Below, in pieces: positions 24,796 to 38,391 of a stretch of DNA of 64,000 bases. Every line of letters begins with the position of its first letter. Positions within the stretch are counted from its first letter, which is position 1. The DNA is from Eledone cirrhosa (Eukaryota), in assembly GCA_964016885.1 (NCBI GenBank), contig OZ024740.1, positions 292,330,001 through 292,394,000 of the forward strand, in the 5' to 3' direction. The notes beneath the pieces are model-generated. The model ran no database searches, was not told the DNA's origin, and worked only from the letters and a program-made list of their open reading frames with translations. The position numbers were made by a program, and so were the translations under genes.

Positions 24796-26384
24796 CGTAT
24801 ACTATATAACACTACAAAACAGGATATAACTTATACTTATTGGCATGGAGTTCTTCATTAGTACATCCTTCCTACCATTTTCATCATTATGTAGTGACCT
24901 ACATTCTGAGGGCTCTTGAATACATTCTCCGTACGTTGTTTGGCTCAGTTCAGCCAAACGCTACCAGCGTAGGGAGATGTATTTCAACTTCCACCCTAAG
25001 GGAAAAATTCTCGCTTCTTTTCGAAAAACTCTCTCCTGCATCTCAACACCAGAAGGTAAACATCTCTTGATTTTGTTCCTCAACAAACATTCCAAAATGT
25101 AACTACTGGAATTCTCCGCGGCTTTAGCTTCTTATTTCAGCCACTTGACCGCGTCTAAATTTACAGCATCTTAATTTGTTTTATTTCGTTTCTTATGATA
25201 TGTCTTCACAGCTAACTCAACTTCTCATCTTTGTAAATAAATTATATATAAAAAAACGTTGTAATGCCTTATGATGATATTTGCCACAACAGTCCTTTGA
25301 ACTGCTTCTTTGGTGACTTCTGTGATACAATACACAAACAAATGCATACATTCTCAACACAACACATATATATCTATATCTCTCTCTCCTATTAACTATC
25401 CTTTAATTACTACAGTAATATGGATCCACAAGCTCGGTTGGTCTCGCTTGGTGATGCCGTCTGATCAATTGGAAACAGTTGCTTTTGATAGGACCCTCTG
25501 GAAGAGCTTTTGGGAGACTCTGCCTCCATGACCTTAAGAAGAAGACTACAGTAACATCTGCTCTTCAAAGCGGACTGGTCTCGTGCTATATCTACCCTGA
25601 TCCATCTCACCTATTTCTACATTCTCCTTTTATCAGCTATATTATATTTAGCTTTTCAGGGCCTGCTCTCATCACGATGCCTTCTGGGAGTCTCTCTTTA
25701 TCCACAATTTTCCTGCAGTCGTCAATTTGCAGTTAAAAAAAAAACTTTAACTGTCCTCGGTGGGCTTCTGAAAGACATTTTCTCAAGATCAAACCCTCAT
25801 AAAAATCGAAATGAATAACATGCAATACTATGGTACACGTTTCTATTGACTATCTGTGACAGTAAATATGTCTAGCCATATTATTGATCCTGATCAAGTA
25901 AAATAAGTTGCTGAAATTCTGATTCCTTCCAGCCATTACTCAAACTAGACTCATTTTATCAGCTAAAGTTTCGAAACCTAACATATCTATTTACTATCCA
26001 CTTCATTTCCAAATTGATTTTATATTCAAAATAAATTTTTCTGTGTACATTCTTTCTTTAACACCGTCTTACTTGTTTGGTGCTCTTGACAATACTCAAA
26101 TCAACAAGCCAATGACGGAGCCTCTACGTAGTTGATCGACATGCAATAAATAGCAGCTAAACCCCTCTATCAACACATCATACTGTTTTGGTTTTTTTCT
26201 AAATTAACAAAATGATACTTTTTGATAATATGGTTCTAAAAATAAGAGAGAACATTGACGATAATCAGAGTTAAGGTTATGTTTTATCGATAGTTATCGA
26301 TAAAGCATAACGAATTCTCTTCCATCTATCAAACAAACATGGCAATGAAACAGCCACATTCTCAGATGAAATACCGTACAATCC

Positions 26385-26680
26385 GACATATTGTAATTAC
26401 TTGTGATATTTTAACACTATAACCACCAAATTATCAGGACAAAGAAAACCTTGTAGACGTTTGCATCTAAGGCCAGCAAATGTTATTAAAATTACCTACA
26501 TAGGGCTAGCAGAGAACACATCCAAAATCCGGTATCACAACCAACCATAAATTCACAGACTTAACATTACTGCTCCAACATATCTAGAAATTCAAAAGTA
26601 AAGGAACCGACAATATGGAGCATTGTCGAAACACTATACCACTATGATGAAACATCATAATTGAACAAAGGTTGTCCCAA
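26385..26680 (+). pseudogene. Penelope-like GIY-YIG endonuclease relic
   Basis: ITYIGLAENTSKIRYHN at ~26490-26545. Confidence 0.5.
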
Positions 26681-27199
26681 TATAGTTATGTATGGGCAAT
26701 GTAGTTATGTATGTGCAGATCAATGGTGAATGGTATACTGGCTTAGCTTCAGGTTTCACAAATTACATACATAAAATGTGTAGAAAGAGGCATAATATTT
26801 ACATCCTGGATAACATACATAGTTATGGTTGCGAATGTCTTGATCCTTTATAGAGGTTGTAGCATAGTCATTAAAAGATCATCTCAACCCTTTTTGTATA
26901 GTTTCTACGATTGGAAGACCTTCCTAACATCAACCACCTTGAGGTTAAGATGGAGGGGAGTAAGCAGAGTAAGTATGACACCATGGGCGTATGACAAGTG
27001 TGGTTGGATTTGACAGACTGATGTGTGAGAGGGGAGGGTGATCTCCCATAGAATGGGAGTACTGTGATGAAGGAGGAGGGCTACCATGGAGTTACGACTG
27101 GTATATAAGGATTTAAGGGGTAACACATGAATGTTGTGTAATGATTTCAGAAGGGTGAGGCGATCTTGGATAGAGTGGTGGTGAGGAAAGTATATTAGC

Positions 27200-27590
27200 T
27201 TCACATGTCTTCTGCAGTGAAGGCTCACCATATAGCATTGCAGTTTGCATGCAGTCATCACCCAGTTTACCCTTCAATCCGAGAGAGAAGCTCTTTGTTG
27301 TCTGCAGAGGTATTAGCTTCCTAAATTTCTTCCAGCCCAATGTCACTCTGGCTACCACACTTCCAGAGCATCCTCCCACATTGCTGATTAGATCAAGGCA
27401 ACAAAATCTGTATACATCTGAAGAACGACCCTGGTAACCGAGCTAATCTATTTCCCGTGTGTGCTAGTGCTTACTTTTCCTATGCAACTACTGCATACAA
27501 AGGCTATCTTCTCCGTTAATATACCTGCAATTCCACAACATCCCTTGTGTATCCATAGAATACTCTAAAGGTATCAGATTCCTATCCCCC
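27200..27590 (-). mobile_element. Fragment of the PHD-type RTE family
   Basis: GGCSGSVVARVTLGWKKFRKLIPL...SLGLKGKL, homologous to 10040-10190. Confidence 0.8.
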
Positions 27591-28160
27591 TTTCTCCTTA
27601 TTAAGACTTTAGTCTTATGTTAAGATTTTAGTGAAATCTACCCACACCTTGACTCCTGGGTGACATTTAATGGTCATTTTCTGGGTTATCTCCTTTCGGG
27701 CGTCAACAGGTCTGAGAGACAAAGGTCTGGGAGACAAAGGAATCGCCATAAATAAATAGCCAGCCTTAGACCAGACCAGGCAGATCAGAGTGATTCTTGA
27801 TAGAGTAAACATGTAAACATTTGCTTTTCACAGACCCTTTGGGTCTTCCTGACTCTTACTTACTTTGACTCTCTCTTGCTCTCTCTCTTTCACTCACTCT
27901 CTATCTCTTGGTCCCTCTCTCAACCAAGTCAGTGAAGTTCATGAAGTTTTCTTGGTAAATACAATATTAATTCTACTTTAAACAAACAAACAAATAACGT
28001 CCATAATTCTTGTGTATTTTTCGTATAGCTTCAGCATAAACTATTTTCAATAAATTAATAATATAGCGGTTTGGTGTTATCGTGGTTCATTTATATATTC
28101 ATTTTCTGCGTGATCAAGGAACTATCATATCATCATCTTAATGAACACTTACTCACTTAC

Positions 28161-28287
28161 CTGCACACATGCAACCTCTGGTCACACTGATCACAGAACA
28201 GTGGTCACACCACACAGAAGCTACAAGTGAGCACACATGCAACAAACGAACCAGCATCACAACACAATCAACTAACAACACGACCAT
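28161..28287 (-). CDS. Candidate first coding (signal-peptide-like) exon of the host gene
   Basis: MVVLLVDCVVMLVRLLHVCSLVASVWCDHCSVISVTRGCMCA ending in consensus donor CAG|GTAAGT (phase 1), in frame with exon 24134-24313. The sequence is TG-rich, so this could be fortuitous. Confidence 0.35.
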
Positions 28288-28310
28288 CAAATTATCGCTA
28301 AAAGTTTACT

Positions 28311-29240
28311 TTTAGACCTTTTGATTCTAAATTTCTCCTCCCTGCCTGAACAATGTTACCCCGTTTATTACCGTATTTCTAATGAAAAACAATGTCCATG
28401 ATATTTAGATAATTTTGACAATATTGAAAAATTTGGAGGGCTCTAGTAATACAACTACCTTTTCTATTATTAAGTTGGTGTTAGGAACAAACAAGAGGTT
28501 CTTACATAAAATTATGATGGTATGTAGCAAAATTGAATGTAGAGAAATAGATTTTTGAGTTGTGTAGGGATAAAAGGAATTGGTTTGTGTTTGTTATTGA
28601 TCATTCGAACCTGGCAGAGGTTGTAGTACTAAAGTTGTTAGCTTCCTGGGTGATTATGCATAAGGTAAAATTCCTCCCATATATAAGCGCTGTGTGAAAT
28701 GCCGTTGAATGAACAAATAAAACATGATCGCTACTTAAAGAATTTTTATTAAGAAAATAGCTTACATCGAAGTTATTGATAAAACAGGAAAACAGTAGGT
28801 GTGGAGAATTCGTTACAGTCATGTTATCATATTTCTAATATAACTAACGTTCTCCTTAAGTTGGTGTTAGGAAAAAAGCAAAGGTTCTTACATAAAATTA
28901 TGATGGAAGGTATATTACTATATTTCTAATATAATTAACTTTCTCCTTAAGTTGGTGTTAGGAACTACTTCACAAAATTCCTTATACAAAATCATGATAG
29001 AAGGTTTTTAAATGAATATAAACGTTAAAATATGCAGTTTTGAACCGTAAAACCAGAGACGATTTAAGGTGGTTTGGTATCTCAAGGGTTAATGTATCGT
29101 AAAATCAGAGACGGTTTAAGGCAGTTTGGTATCTTAAGGGTTAATGTATATCGTAAAACCAGAGACGGTTTAAGGTAGTTTGGTATCTTAAGGGTGAATG
29201 TATTGTAAAACCAGTGACAGTTTGTTATCTCAAGGGTTAA
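28311..29240. mobile_element. piggyBac-like MITE with reiterated right end
   Basis: Ends in AAGGGTTAA. The internal block TAAGTTGGTGTTAGGAA...AAAATTATGATGG occurs three times, and four 52-54-bp terminal units start at ~29046, 29098, 29152 and 29205. A related copy lies at ~63420-63663. Confidence 0.55.
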
Positions 29241-29296
29241 TGCGTTAAAGAGTCGTCAGAAATAGCTGTGATTGAACTGAAAAAAAATTCACGTAC

Positions 29297-29418
29297 CTAG
29301 AATTGTCATTTTCAGTTGCATGTGATATAGAAAGTCTTTCAGATTGATGACTGGTTGATCGAATAGAAAATAACGTATGTATTGATATAATGTTCAGCCT
29401 CTTCCGCTTAGGAACATT
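29297..29418 (-). other. Candidate upstream (5'UTR or coding) exon of the host gene
   Basis: Bounded by ATTTCAG| and AG|GTACGT, non-repetitive. One open frame joins in phase to an acceptor at 28297. Confidence 0.3.
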
Positions 29419-29675
29419 CTGAAATGTTCAGAATAGGAAATAAAATAATTAAAGTATGTTAGAGGAATAGAAATAATCCACTTACATTTATATGGTCTAC
29501 TATTTCACTCTTCTCCTCCCCTGTCTCCCTCTCTCTATTTATCTAATTCTTTCTTACTTTCTCATGTACTCACTCTCACTGAGTCTCTTTTATTTCGTTT
29601 GCCATAACCCATCCTATTGACTTAAAAACAACAGTTAATCAGCAAATACAATTTAACTTACATTCCATCAAAATT

Positions 29676-30309
29676 AATAATTGTTTCTACTATTGGCACA
29701 AGGCCAGCAAATATCCAGTACATTACTGGTACTTTATTTTATCGACTCCGTAAGGATGAAAGGCAAAGTTAACCTTGGCGGGATTTGAATTCAGAATGGT
29801 AAGGGCCGTAACTCTATGTGTGACGTCCGACCCTTTACCGATACTGCCAATCCACCAATGGTTCCTAATTTAAGCACAAGGCCAACGATTATGTGGGCGG
29901 GGAAAGTCGATTTAATCGACTTCACTGCGTGACTAGTGCTTTATTTCATTGGCCACCCGTAAGGATGAAAGGCAAAGCTTAGCTCGGTGGAATTTAAACA
30001 CGGAACGTAAAGTGTCGTAACTATATGCCGCAAGGCAGGTTGTCGGACGCTCTACCAATTTTGTCAATTCACAGGTCTCATTAAATACACAATAATCGTT
30101 TCTGATTTAGGCACAAGACCAACAATTTTAAGGGAGGAGAAAGTCGATTAAATCCACCCCAGTGTATTACTGGTTCTTATTTTTTCGACCCCGTAAGGAT
30201 GAAAGGCAAAGTTAACATCGGCGGGATTTGAATTCAGACCGTAAAGGGCCATAACTCTATGCTGCCAAGCATAGTGTCCGATGTTCTACCGATATTGCCT
30301 ATCCACCGC
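29676..30309 (-). mobile_element. Cluster of three tandem family A SINEs
   Basis: Copies at ~29676-29855, ~29860-30075 and 30097-30309. The last is flanked by TCTCATTAAATACACAATAAT (30076-30096, 30310-30330). Confidence 0.85.
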
Positions 30310-30681
30310 TCTCATTAAATACACAATAATAAATTGGAAATCAGTAATCGCCAGCCATAACCGCGTCTCCTCCCCCTCCTCACTTTATCAAAGTTCTTTT
30401 AAAGCAATCTTTATACTTGAGTTTTGGTTTACATATTGGCTGTTTAATTTTGACTAACTCCTCTTAAGAATACGATGATCTGGTGTTCTTACAAATGTGT
30501 CTGGTAACATGTAACTCAGTACACCTGTTGCACAGTCAGTTTGTCTGGCAACACAATCAAGCCTGCTTGGTGAGTAGGGTGATTTTTGGACACCCAGTCA
30601 GATGGAAACAAAACCTGTCAAAGGGCGAAGGAACTCATGAGAGTCAACGGCAATCCAATAGTGCGTACATATGTACGTATG

Positions 30682-30724
<43 letters not shown>

Positions 30725-31269
30725 TCAAAGGAGTATATATATATATATAATTAGACATAGTCACAGATACATATATGAGTTTGGCTACCTTTCACTGTGT
30801 GGCTCAATGAAGAATTAATTAAGCAAATAATCATTAATCAGAGCTATATATAAAATTGCAAATTTGAAGAACCATTGATATACAGTATTTCCTCTCCGTA
30901 TAAATCAATCACATAAAAAATCATTTAAACAAGGCTATAAGTTTAAAATGTAACTATGGAGAAATAATAGGCTGCTTCTCCTTCTTTAAGTGAAGAAGGG
31001 GAGCCTTGGAAATCCAAAAAACAAAAAAAGAGACACCACAAAACCCCCAAAACTCCAATCACCAACACCAACACACAACCACAGACACAAACAACACCAC
31101 AGTTAAACATCCTCCTACCAGCAAAACCAACACCAACACCACCCCAAACACAAGCACCCGCCATAAAAAGAAAACTCCCGAACGAACAACAAACAATAAC
31201 AACACAACAAAAACACAAACAACAATACGCATACATCAACACAAACAACAAGAGTTTGATGGAGGTCAT

Positions 31270-34200
31270 CTCCCAAAACCCCAAGTTGCAGAATCGTCTC
31301 CACACCTTAAGCTTATAAGGGTTTCTATGGAGAGCTATAGTGACCTGAAGAACAAATTTTCGCAGGACGTGGGCAACCCCTGCCAGAAACCCATCAACCG
31401 CGTCCTGTTAAACTGTTTCCCCACCCCACCCAACACCCCCTCCAGCACCCAAATGGAGATTGAACAACCCGATCTCCAGGAAACGAAAAGGTAAGTGCAC
31501 CTTTTCTTCCTTTTTCGCCAACTCTTCTCCACCAATATGGCTAGTTTACGAGTTGGAAGCGTGAATGTGCGTGGCCTAGGGATGCCCTGGAAACAGGGCC
31601 AACTTTTAAACGACCTTAGGTCACACGGTATAGATGTGATAGCCATCACCGAGTCCAGGATCCACAACAGGCAGCAACTAACCCCCATCTTCAGTGACTT
31701 TGAGATCTACGCATCTCTCTGTCAGCCAGTAGGTGGAGGGGGAGTGGCTGTCATGTTTCGGAAAAACCTGGACATTGAAGTACAACAAGTACACTTGGAC
31801 CTGGAGAGTAGACTGGTAGTCCTAGACGTGAACAGTATTGGAGGTGGAGCCTTCAGACTGGTGGCCGTTTATGCCCCGACCGGGCAATCGCAATCGCGGC
31901 CAGACTTCTTTAAGCGTTTAGAGTCTTTTCTGGGAACGTCTCGCTCCTTACTTTTAGTGGGGGACTGGAATGGTATCCTAGATGTACAATGGGACTATGT
32001 GGGAGCATGTCCCAGTAGAGGGGGTGCAACAGCCTCAAAAATCTAATCGGCCAATTCCAACTGGCCGATAGATATCGACTAGATTTCCCGACTGCACCAC
32101 AGTGGACGTGGGCAAACCGCAGCGGGACATCTAGATCGTATTTAGATAGGTTTTTCATTAGAGAGAAGAACAAGAAGATGTTAAGCTGTCCACAAATGCA
32201 CATGGTTGCCTATTCAGACCACAAACTAGTCATCTGCATAGGCAACAGTAATAGAATACATAGACAAGGACCCGGATACTGGAAGCTGAACGTGTCGCTA
32301 CCGACACGTAAAGCCTACAGTGAACGGTTAAGTAGATTAGTTAAGCAACAATTAACGGGAACCATCGTCAACAACAGATGGTGGTACTCCCTCAAGAAAG
32401 CAATTAGAGTAGAGTCGATAGACTTTAGCAGAGAGTTAGCCTTAGAGAGAAACGGAACTAGTAGCCAAGGTAGAGGAGGCGCTTAGGAGTGGAAACGTAG
32501 CTAGAGTGCTAGCAACGAGAACGGCATTGGACCAGGTCTTTGACGCAAAACACGTGCTCTAGGAAACGAGGGAGCAAAAGCTGTTAGCTGGGCCCGAGTG
32601 GCAGAGGCGAAAAGTGGCAACAAGTCCACGATTCGGTCTTTGAAAGACCCAAACGGACGCGTGTTACTTGACCCCAAGCGGATGTGCGCGGCCTTTCAGC
32701 GGCACTTTGCGCAACTGTTCGGGCAGAGTGGCGGTGCGTCGAACGAGGCAATGGACTTCGGTTTATACCTCGACGGCCTGCCGCGTCTCTCGAACATGGA
32801 CGCCGAGTTCTGCGAAAGACCGATCACAGCCACTGAGATGCGGGACGCTCTGGGCCGCTGCGGGAAACGCAAATCACCCGGTCTAGATGGTCTACTCTAT
32901 GAGTTTTACATAGGCATGCCGGACTTGTTCTCTGGCGTCCTCGAGGCCGTCTACTGCAACTGGCAGCAGAACGGGAGAATTCCCAGTTCTGCAGGCAGGG
33001 CGTAGAAACGCTGATCAGGAAAGACGAGAACAAAGGGGACGAACTAAGCAACTTTAGGCCCATAACTCTGCTCAACACAGAGTTAAAGATTTTGGCCAAG
33101 GTGTTGGCAACGAGGTTGGCGCTTGTCGTCAAGAACCTGGCAGGGAAAGCGCAAACGTGTGCAATCCCGACCAGGTCCATACACGACAACCTCCACCTCA
33201 TGCGATACATCATAGAGAGGGTGGGGTGTAAACCCGACTTTGGTGGGGCTCTGATCAATTTAGATCAGTCTAAGGCGTTCGATAGGGTCGACCATCGATA
33301 CTTGGAAGCTGTTCTCAAGGCGGCCAGTTTCGGACCTATCTTCAGAGGCTGGATCGCTGCAATGCACACCAACATCTGCTCGATGGTCAAGGTGAACGGC
33401 TACCTATCCGAGCCGTTCGCAATCACGCGTTCCATCAGACAGGGATGCCCTCTCTCCTCCATTATGTACGTACTAACTCTAGAGCCACTATTGCGGAAGC
33501 TGGAGCTGCTGCAGGGCATTCTGTTGGAACCGGGACTGCGGAAAGCGGCGTCGGCTTATGGCGACGACGTAACGGTAATAGTGTCGGAAGCCTCCGAAAT
33601 CGGGGCGATCGGCAAATTACTGCAGGAATATGAAAGGCTCACAGGAGCAAAACTGAATCCGGACAAGTCTGTCGGTTTGCAACTCGGAACGTGGAGAGGC
33701 AAACCGATGCTGTCCGATAGCGTCGATGCCGTCGATGCCGTCCGATTGCTTGGGGTCTGGTTCGGTCCAGACCTCCAGGTGGAGAAAAACTAGAACGAGG
33801 TCACTGCCAATGTATTTGCGCTCACCCGGAAGTGGGCAGAGTGCAAACTATCCTTGAAAGGTCGAGCGGAAGTGGCGAACACTTTCATAGCGTCCGTCAT
33901 CTTCTACCGCTTGACCGTCGTGCCTTGTCCCCGTGAACACCTCACCAAGATGGAACGCATGCTCTTCCAGTTCCTTTGGAAGAAGCAGGCTCCACTGGTG
34001 AGGAGATCCGTCTGTTGTCAGCACCCTTCCAACGGAGGGCTGGGAATGCCGTGGCTGATGATGAGCAAGCATGCGCCGAGGCTACGGCATCTCCAGGTAT
34101 TCCTCACCGACCAACCGGTGTGGGAACCGTTTGTGAGACAGGCCTTCCTGCAACTTGTCTCGCTGACGGAGCTGCAGTCCTGGGTCAAGCGGAGACCGAA

Positions 34201-35410
34201 GAAGATGGGCGCCTGGCACATTGAATGCGCTCAGACACTCACAGTCCTCTGTCAAGCGGGCACGGCAATCAGTAGAGACTCCACTTCGACATTCTATAGA
34301 GGGTTAGTACGTCACAAGGGCGACGACGTGCTCGGGGAGATTCTAGGCGTCGAAGACAACGGACTCACCAGTCTGTGTGATAGGACTTTCCGCCCGGGAC
34401 CTATGAACAACCTCCAGAGGTCCCTGGCCTAGCAGTGCTACCGAGGAGCTCTACCAGTTCGTGACAAGATCTACAGGCATGGACGCGCCGACAGGGATCC
34501 TTCCAAGAGGACGTGTCCAAGATGCGCGCAGGACACTGAAACCGTCCTGCGCGCAATTGTACACTGCCCGGGCGTAACCGACCTGTAGAACTACGTAGAA
34601 CAACTGCTGTCGCGTATGGGACAAATCCAGTTGACTGCCGAGTCCATAGTAAGGATCAAACCGCCAACTTCTTTCAAAAACGAAAGAGAGGCGGTTTTCC
34701 TCTGTATAGTGGCTATGGTGAAAGAGGTTATATGGTGGACGAGATTGAGAGGACTGAGGACAGAAGCCTTTCTCTCCGGACAACTCATTTCCTTCTTTAG
34801 ATACCACTTTAGAAGGAGAATCAGAGTGGAGAGAGAGGCACTGCACCCCAGTAAATTTACTGAAAGGCGGGTGAATGTGGCAAAAATGGCCCGAGTGATT
34901 GGGCCTTCTCTGTATATAAACCTGTAGGTTGAAGAAGAGAGCAAAAGGAAGAAAGGAGCACTTGCACGACATGCTCCTGGAGTTGAGGGTTGTTCTATCG
35001 ACGGGATATTAAACAACCCATTTGTGGCGCCTCCCCCCTATTGGGGATTTCGATTGTTATAATTGTTTGTTTCATATTTTTTTACACGATTGTATGTAAA
35101 ATCCCCGGCATGTGTTTGTTTTGTCCCCTTTTCTTGTGGCTAATAAAGAAATATATCTATCTATCTATCTATCTATCTAATCTTTTTTTTTCGGGGGTAT
35201 GTGTTACCCATATAAACTGTCTCCCTCTATTGGGGAAAATCGACTAACTTTTTAAATTCCATTTGTGATAACATTTTACACGTTTTTATTGTATGTAAAC
35301 TTCCCCCTTTGTATTTGTCCCCTTCTTTTGTGCCCCTGTGGCTAATAAAGAAATATATCTAATCTATCTATCTAATCTATCTATCTATCTATCTGTCTGT
35401 CTATTTATCT
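31270..35410 (+). mobile_element. Tx1/L1-clade LINE: complete but disrupted ORF2, end of ORF1 and duplicated 3' tail
   Basis: ATG at 31537: MASLRVGSVNVRGL, AVYAP, VGDWN, YSDHK, GPGYWKLN, KSPGLDG, LDQSKAFDRVDH, IRQGCPLS, AYGDDV, CPRC zinc knuckle, end at 34927. GGCTAATAAAGAAA(TATC)n tails at ~35140 and ~35340. Confidence 0.93.
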
Positions 35411-35809
35411 ATATACTATATTCTTCCGTGTGTACCACGCAGTTTTTAAAAACTTATTCCCTTGTTTGTTTTGGAGGTGCGTGGTATACACCATAACTAA
35501 ATGATTCTAATTTTTTTCAGCTCTGTTCCAAAGAAAATGGCCGGAAGAAGATTAGGAACTGTATCAAGAATCAACCAACACCGAGATTCTTTTCACTTCC
35601 ATCATACCTTTTCTTTCACACTATATATGTATTTGTGGAGAAGATAACTCCCATAAAACCCGGACCTCAGGTGGCGGATAAAGGAACTGCGAATATATTG
35701 AATAAGCAATCCTGGACTAAATCCCAGATTGTCTTTTGACAAGGCATAGTACCGGGCGGCCACCCGTGCGGGATTATGCCCCTCCCCCCTCATTAGCTCT
35801 TGGTATAGA

Positions 35810-36960
35810 CTACATTGCCCAGAGTACCATGGCCTCTCTCAATGTTTGGTACTTGGATGATGCTACGTCGGGCGGGCCCGTAGAGACTGTCTGACACGAC
35901 CTGCAATCGGTAGTTTCTGCTCTGGATCGAAATCGGTCTTCAGGTCAACTCGTCCAAGTCCAAGGTGGTGAATGTCAACCACGATGGTGAGAGCCTTGCA
36001 GCCTCCGTCTCTGACGTGCTGTCTATTCTCCTCCAGGTACAGGTGACCCCTAAAGAGGATGTCCTCATCATCAGGTCACCGATCCACTAGCCGGCCATCC
36101 GATACACCATCAGGTCCAAGCTTCAGCAACTCATGAGCCGACTGAGCACGATTAACGCCCACCCAGCCCTCTTTCTGATGAGAAGCTGCTTCACCATGCC
36201 GAAGCTCCTTTATACTCTTCGCAGCGCCACGTGCTACAACCGTGCTACAGCCAAGCATCTCTTCTTGCTGACCTCGACACCTGTATCTGAGCAGCAGCTG
36301 AGGAGATATACAACATCAGGTTTGACGAAATTGGATGGCAACAAGCCCCCTTACCTGTTAGATATGGTGGCCTTAGCCCCCGGTTCCCGGTCTCGCTGGC
36401 TTTGCCGGCGTTTCTTTCGTCAGTAACCTCATGTCACGTCCTCGTCAACAAGGTTCTCCTAAACACAATGGAACCCACTGTGATCGAGGAAAGTGAAGCC
36501 GCCTGCGAGACGTGGACCCGGCCTTGACTTAGCCCAGTAGATGTCTCTCCTCCTTCTCCCCCTGCTGACGTCAAGTCCCCCCAGAGTATTTGGGATACCA
36601 TCCAGTGTAACCTGGCCTCGGACAGGCTAGCGTGCCAGCTCGACCAGCACCGCCTTGCATGACTTCTGGTGTCCTTGGCCCTAGGGCTACCTCTCTACTT
36701 ATCACCATAGGGGCTGAGCTGGCTAGCCGCAGGTGTGAGCTTCGCGAGATGGAATAGCTCTTCCAGCTCATCTCCCTTACCATCCTCCGGGGAAATGTTT
36801 GTCCATTTTGTCCACCGGGGCCGTGGGGCGACCAGAACGTGGGACCCCATTTGCTCATAATACAGAGAGATGGGGAGGGCGAGAGAGATGGAGGCGATGA
36901 CAGTGGGAGTTAGGCTCTTCCGTGTTCGGACCTGGTGTGCAGCGTCAGTTGTCCGTAGGG
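35810..36960 (+). mobile_element. CRE-like non-LTR retrotransposon, internally deleted
   Basis: LNVWYLDDATSGGP, HPALFLMRSCFTMPKLLYTLRS, and a 3' part shared with 37700-38125, 42990-43190 (-) and 45660-45815. Confidence 0.75.
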
Positions 36961-37099
36961 AGGTAGTGGTTAGTTACGACTTTCATGTTTATTCATAAAT
37001 CTAACCATTTAGTAGTTATAAAGTTAGTTAGAGACAATCTTTTGACCATCTTGAGGATGAAAGAATCAATCAAACTTGAGCTGATTTTGAGACTAGAAA

Positions 37100-37700
37100 C
37101 AACACACCCAGAGAAGTTTGGCGACTGATAAAAGAAAAGGAAGAATGCGGTATATATCCAAGGGGAAGACTGTCTTGTGACTTGGAGAGAGCACTTCCAC
37201 CAACTCCTGTCAGCTGACGATCATTGTGAGCTAGACGCAGTGATTGAGCCAGTATTTGAAGTCTATCCAGAGATAAACATTACTGAGTTCTTCATAGAAT
37301 TGGTAGATCATGCACTAAAGGCAATGAAACCAGGCAAAGCTCCTGGGCTTGATAGTCTAATTGTAGACCTATGTTAACTACTCAAAGCTCGCAAGCTTCT
37401 AAGAGACTTCTGCATCGAAACCTTTGAAGGGAAAATGCCTCAGGAATGGGGAATATAAGGAATAGTGGCAATACCCAAGAAAGATGATCATACCATCTGC
37501 ACCAACTATAGAGACATCAGTCTTTGGCAAATTGCAGCAAAGACTTACAATGGGATGATCCTGAATATGATCATATCACGTACCGACAACATTCTACGTT
37601 CCAGCCAATATGGATTTCGGCTATTTCGCTCTACTACCTCACACACCTTGATCCTATGTGGGACTGTTAAGGAGATACGGAATCACAAGAATGAGGCATC
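37100..37700 (+). pseudogene. RTE RT fragment
   Basis: WREHFHQLL, MKPGKAPGLD, TNYRDISL, QYGFRLFRSTTSH. Confidence 0.75.
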
Positions 37701-38125
37701 CAGTGGAGCCCGGCTTCAGACAGGCTAGTACATCAGCTCGACCAGTACCACCTTGTATGTTTTCGTGCGGCCTCGCAATCCCATAGTGGTACCTGACTCT
37801 ATACCTTACCTTCCTTTTCGATTGGCACGCAGCTGGATAACGATAGCCTGCGCATCGAGGTTTCCCTGAGGCTCGGCTACCTCCCTACTTACCACCATAG
37901 GCGCTGAGCTGGCGAGCCGCAGGTGTGAGCCTCGCGAGATGGAATGGCTCTTCCAGCGCATCTCCTTTACCATCCTCCGAGGAAACGCCTTCTCTATTCT
38001 GTGCGCCAAGGCCATTGGGCGGCCAACGCGTGGGACCCCATTTGCTCATAATCGTGAGAGATGGAGAAGGCGTGAGAGATGGAGGTGATGAAAGTTGGAG
38101 TTCAGCTCCTCTGTGTTCGGACATG
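37700..38125 (+). mobile_element. CRE-like 3' fragment
   Basis: Similar to 36610-36930 (GAELASRRCEPREMEWLFQRISF). Confidence 0.65.
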
Positions 38126-38170
38126 CTGTACGTGTATGTGTATGTTTACCATTATTATTATTGTTGTTAT

Positions 38171-38360
38171 TGGGTCGGTGGATTGGCAGTATCGGTAGAG
38201 CGTCAGACACCATGCTTTGCAGCATGGAGTTACGGCCCTTTGCGTAGTGAGTTCAAATTCCGCCGAGGTTAACTTTGCCTTTCATCCTTACGGGGTCGAT
38301 AAAATAAAGTACCAGTAATGCACTGGGGTAATTGCTGGCCTTGTGCCAAAAGTAGAAACA
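38171..38360 (+). mobile_element. Full-length SINE family A
   Basis: Flanked by ATTATTATTGTTGTTATT on both sides. Further copies at ~48061-48260 (+), ~52915-53100 (+) and ~63770-63950 (-). Confidence 0.88.
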
Positions 38361-38391
38361 ATTATTATTGTTGTTATTGTATTCTATTTAG

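Noticed and set aside
27618-28142. Solo LTR (TGTTAAGAT...ATCTTAAT)
   Set aside because: Suggestive inverted ends and AATAAA, but no CA end and no TSD.
31006-31494. 162-aa Thr/Asn/Gln-rich protein
   Set aside because: Low-complexity A/C-rich DNA fused to the probable end of Tx1 ORF1.
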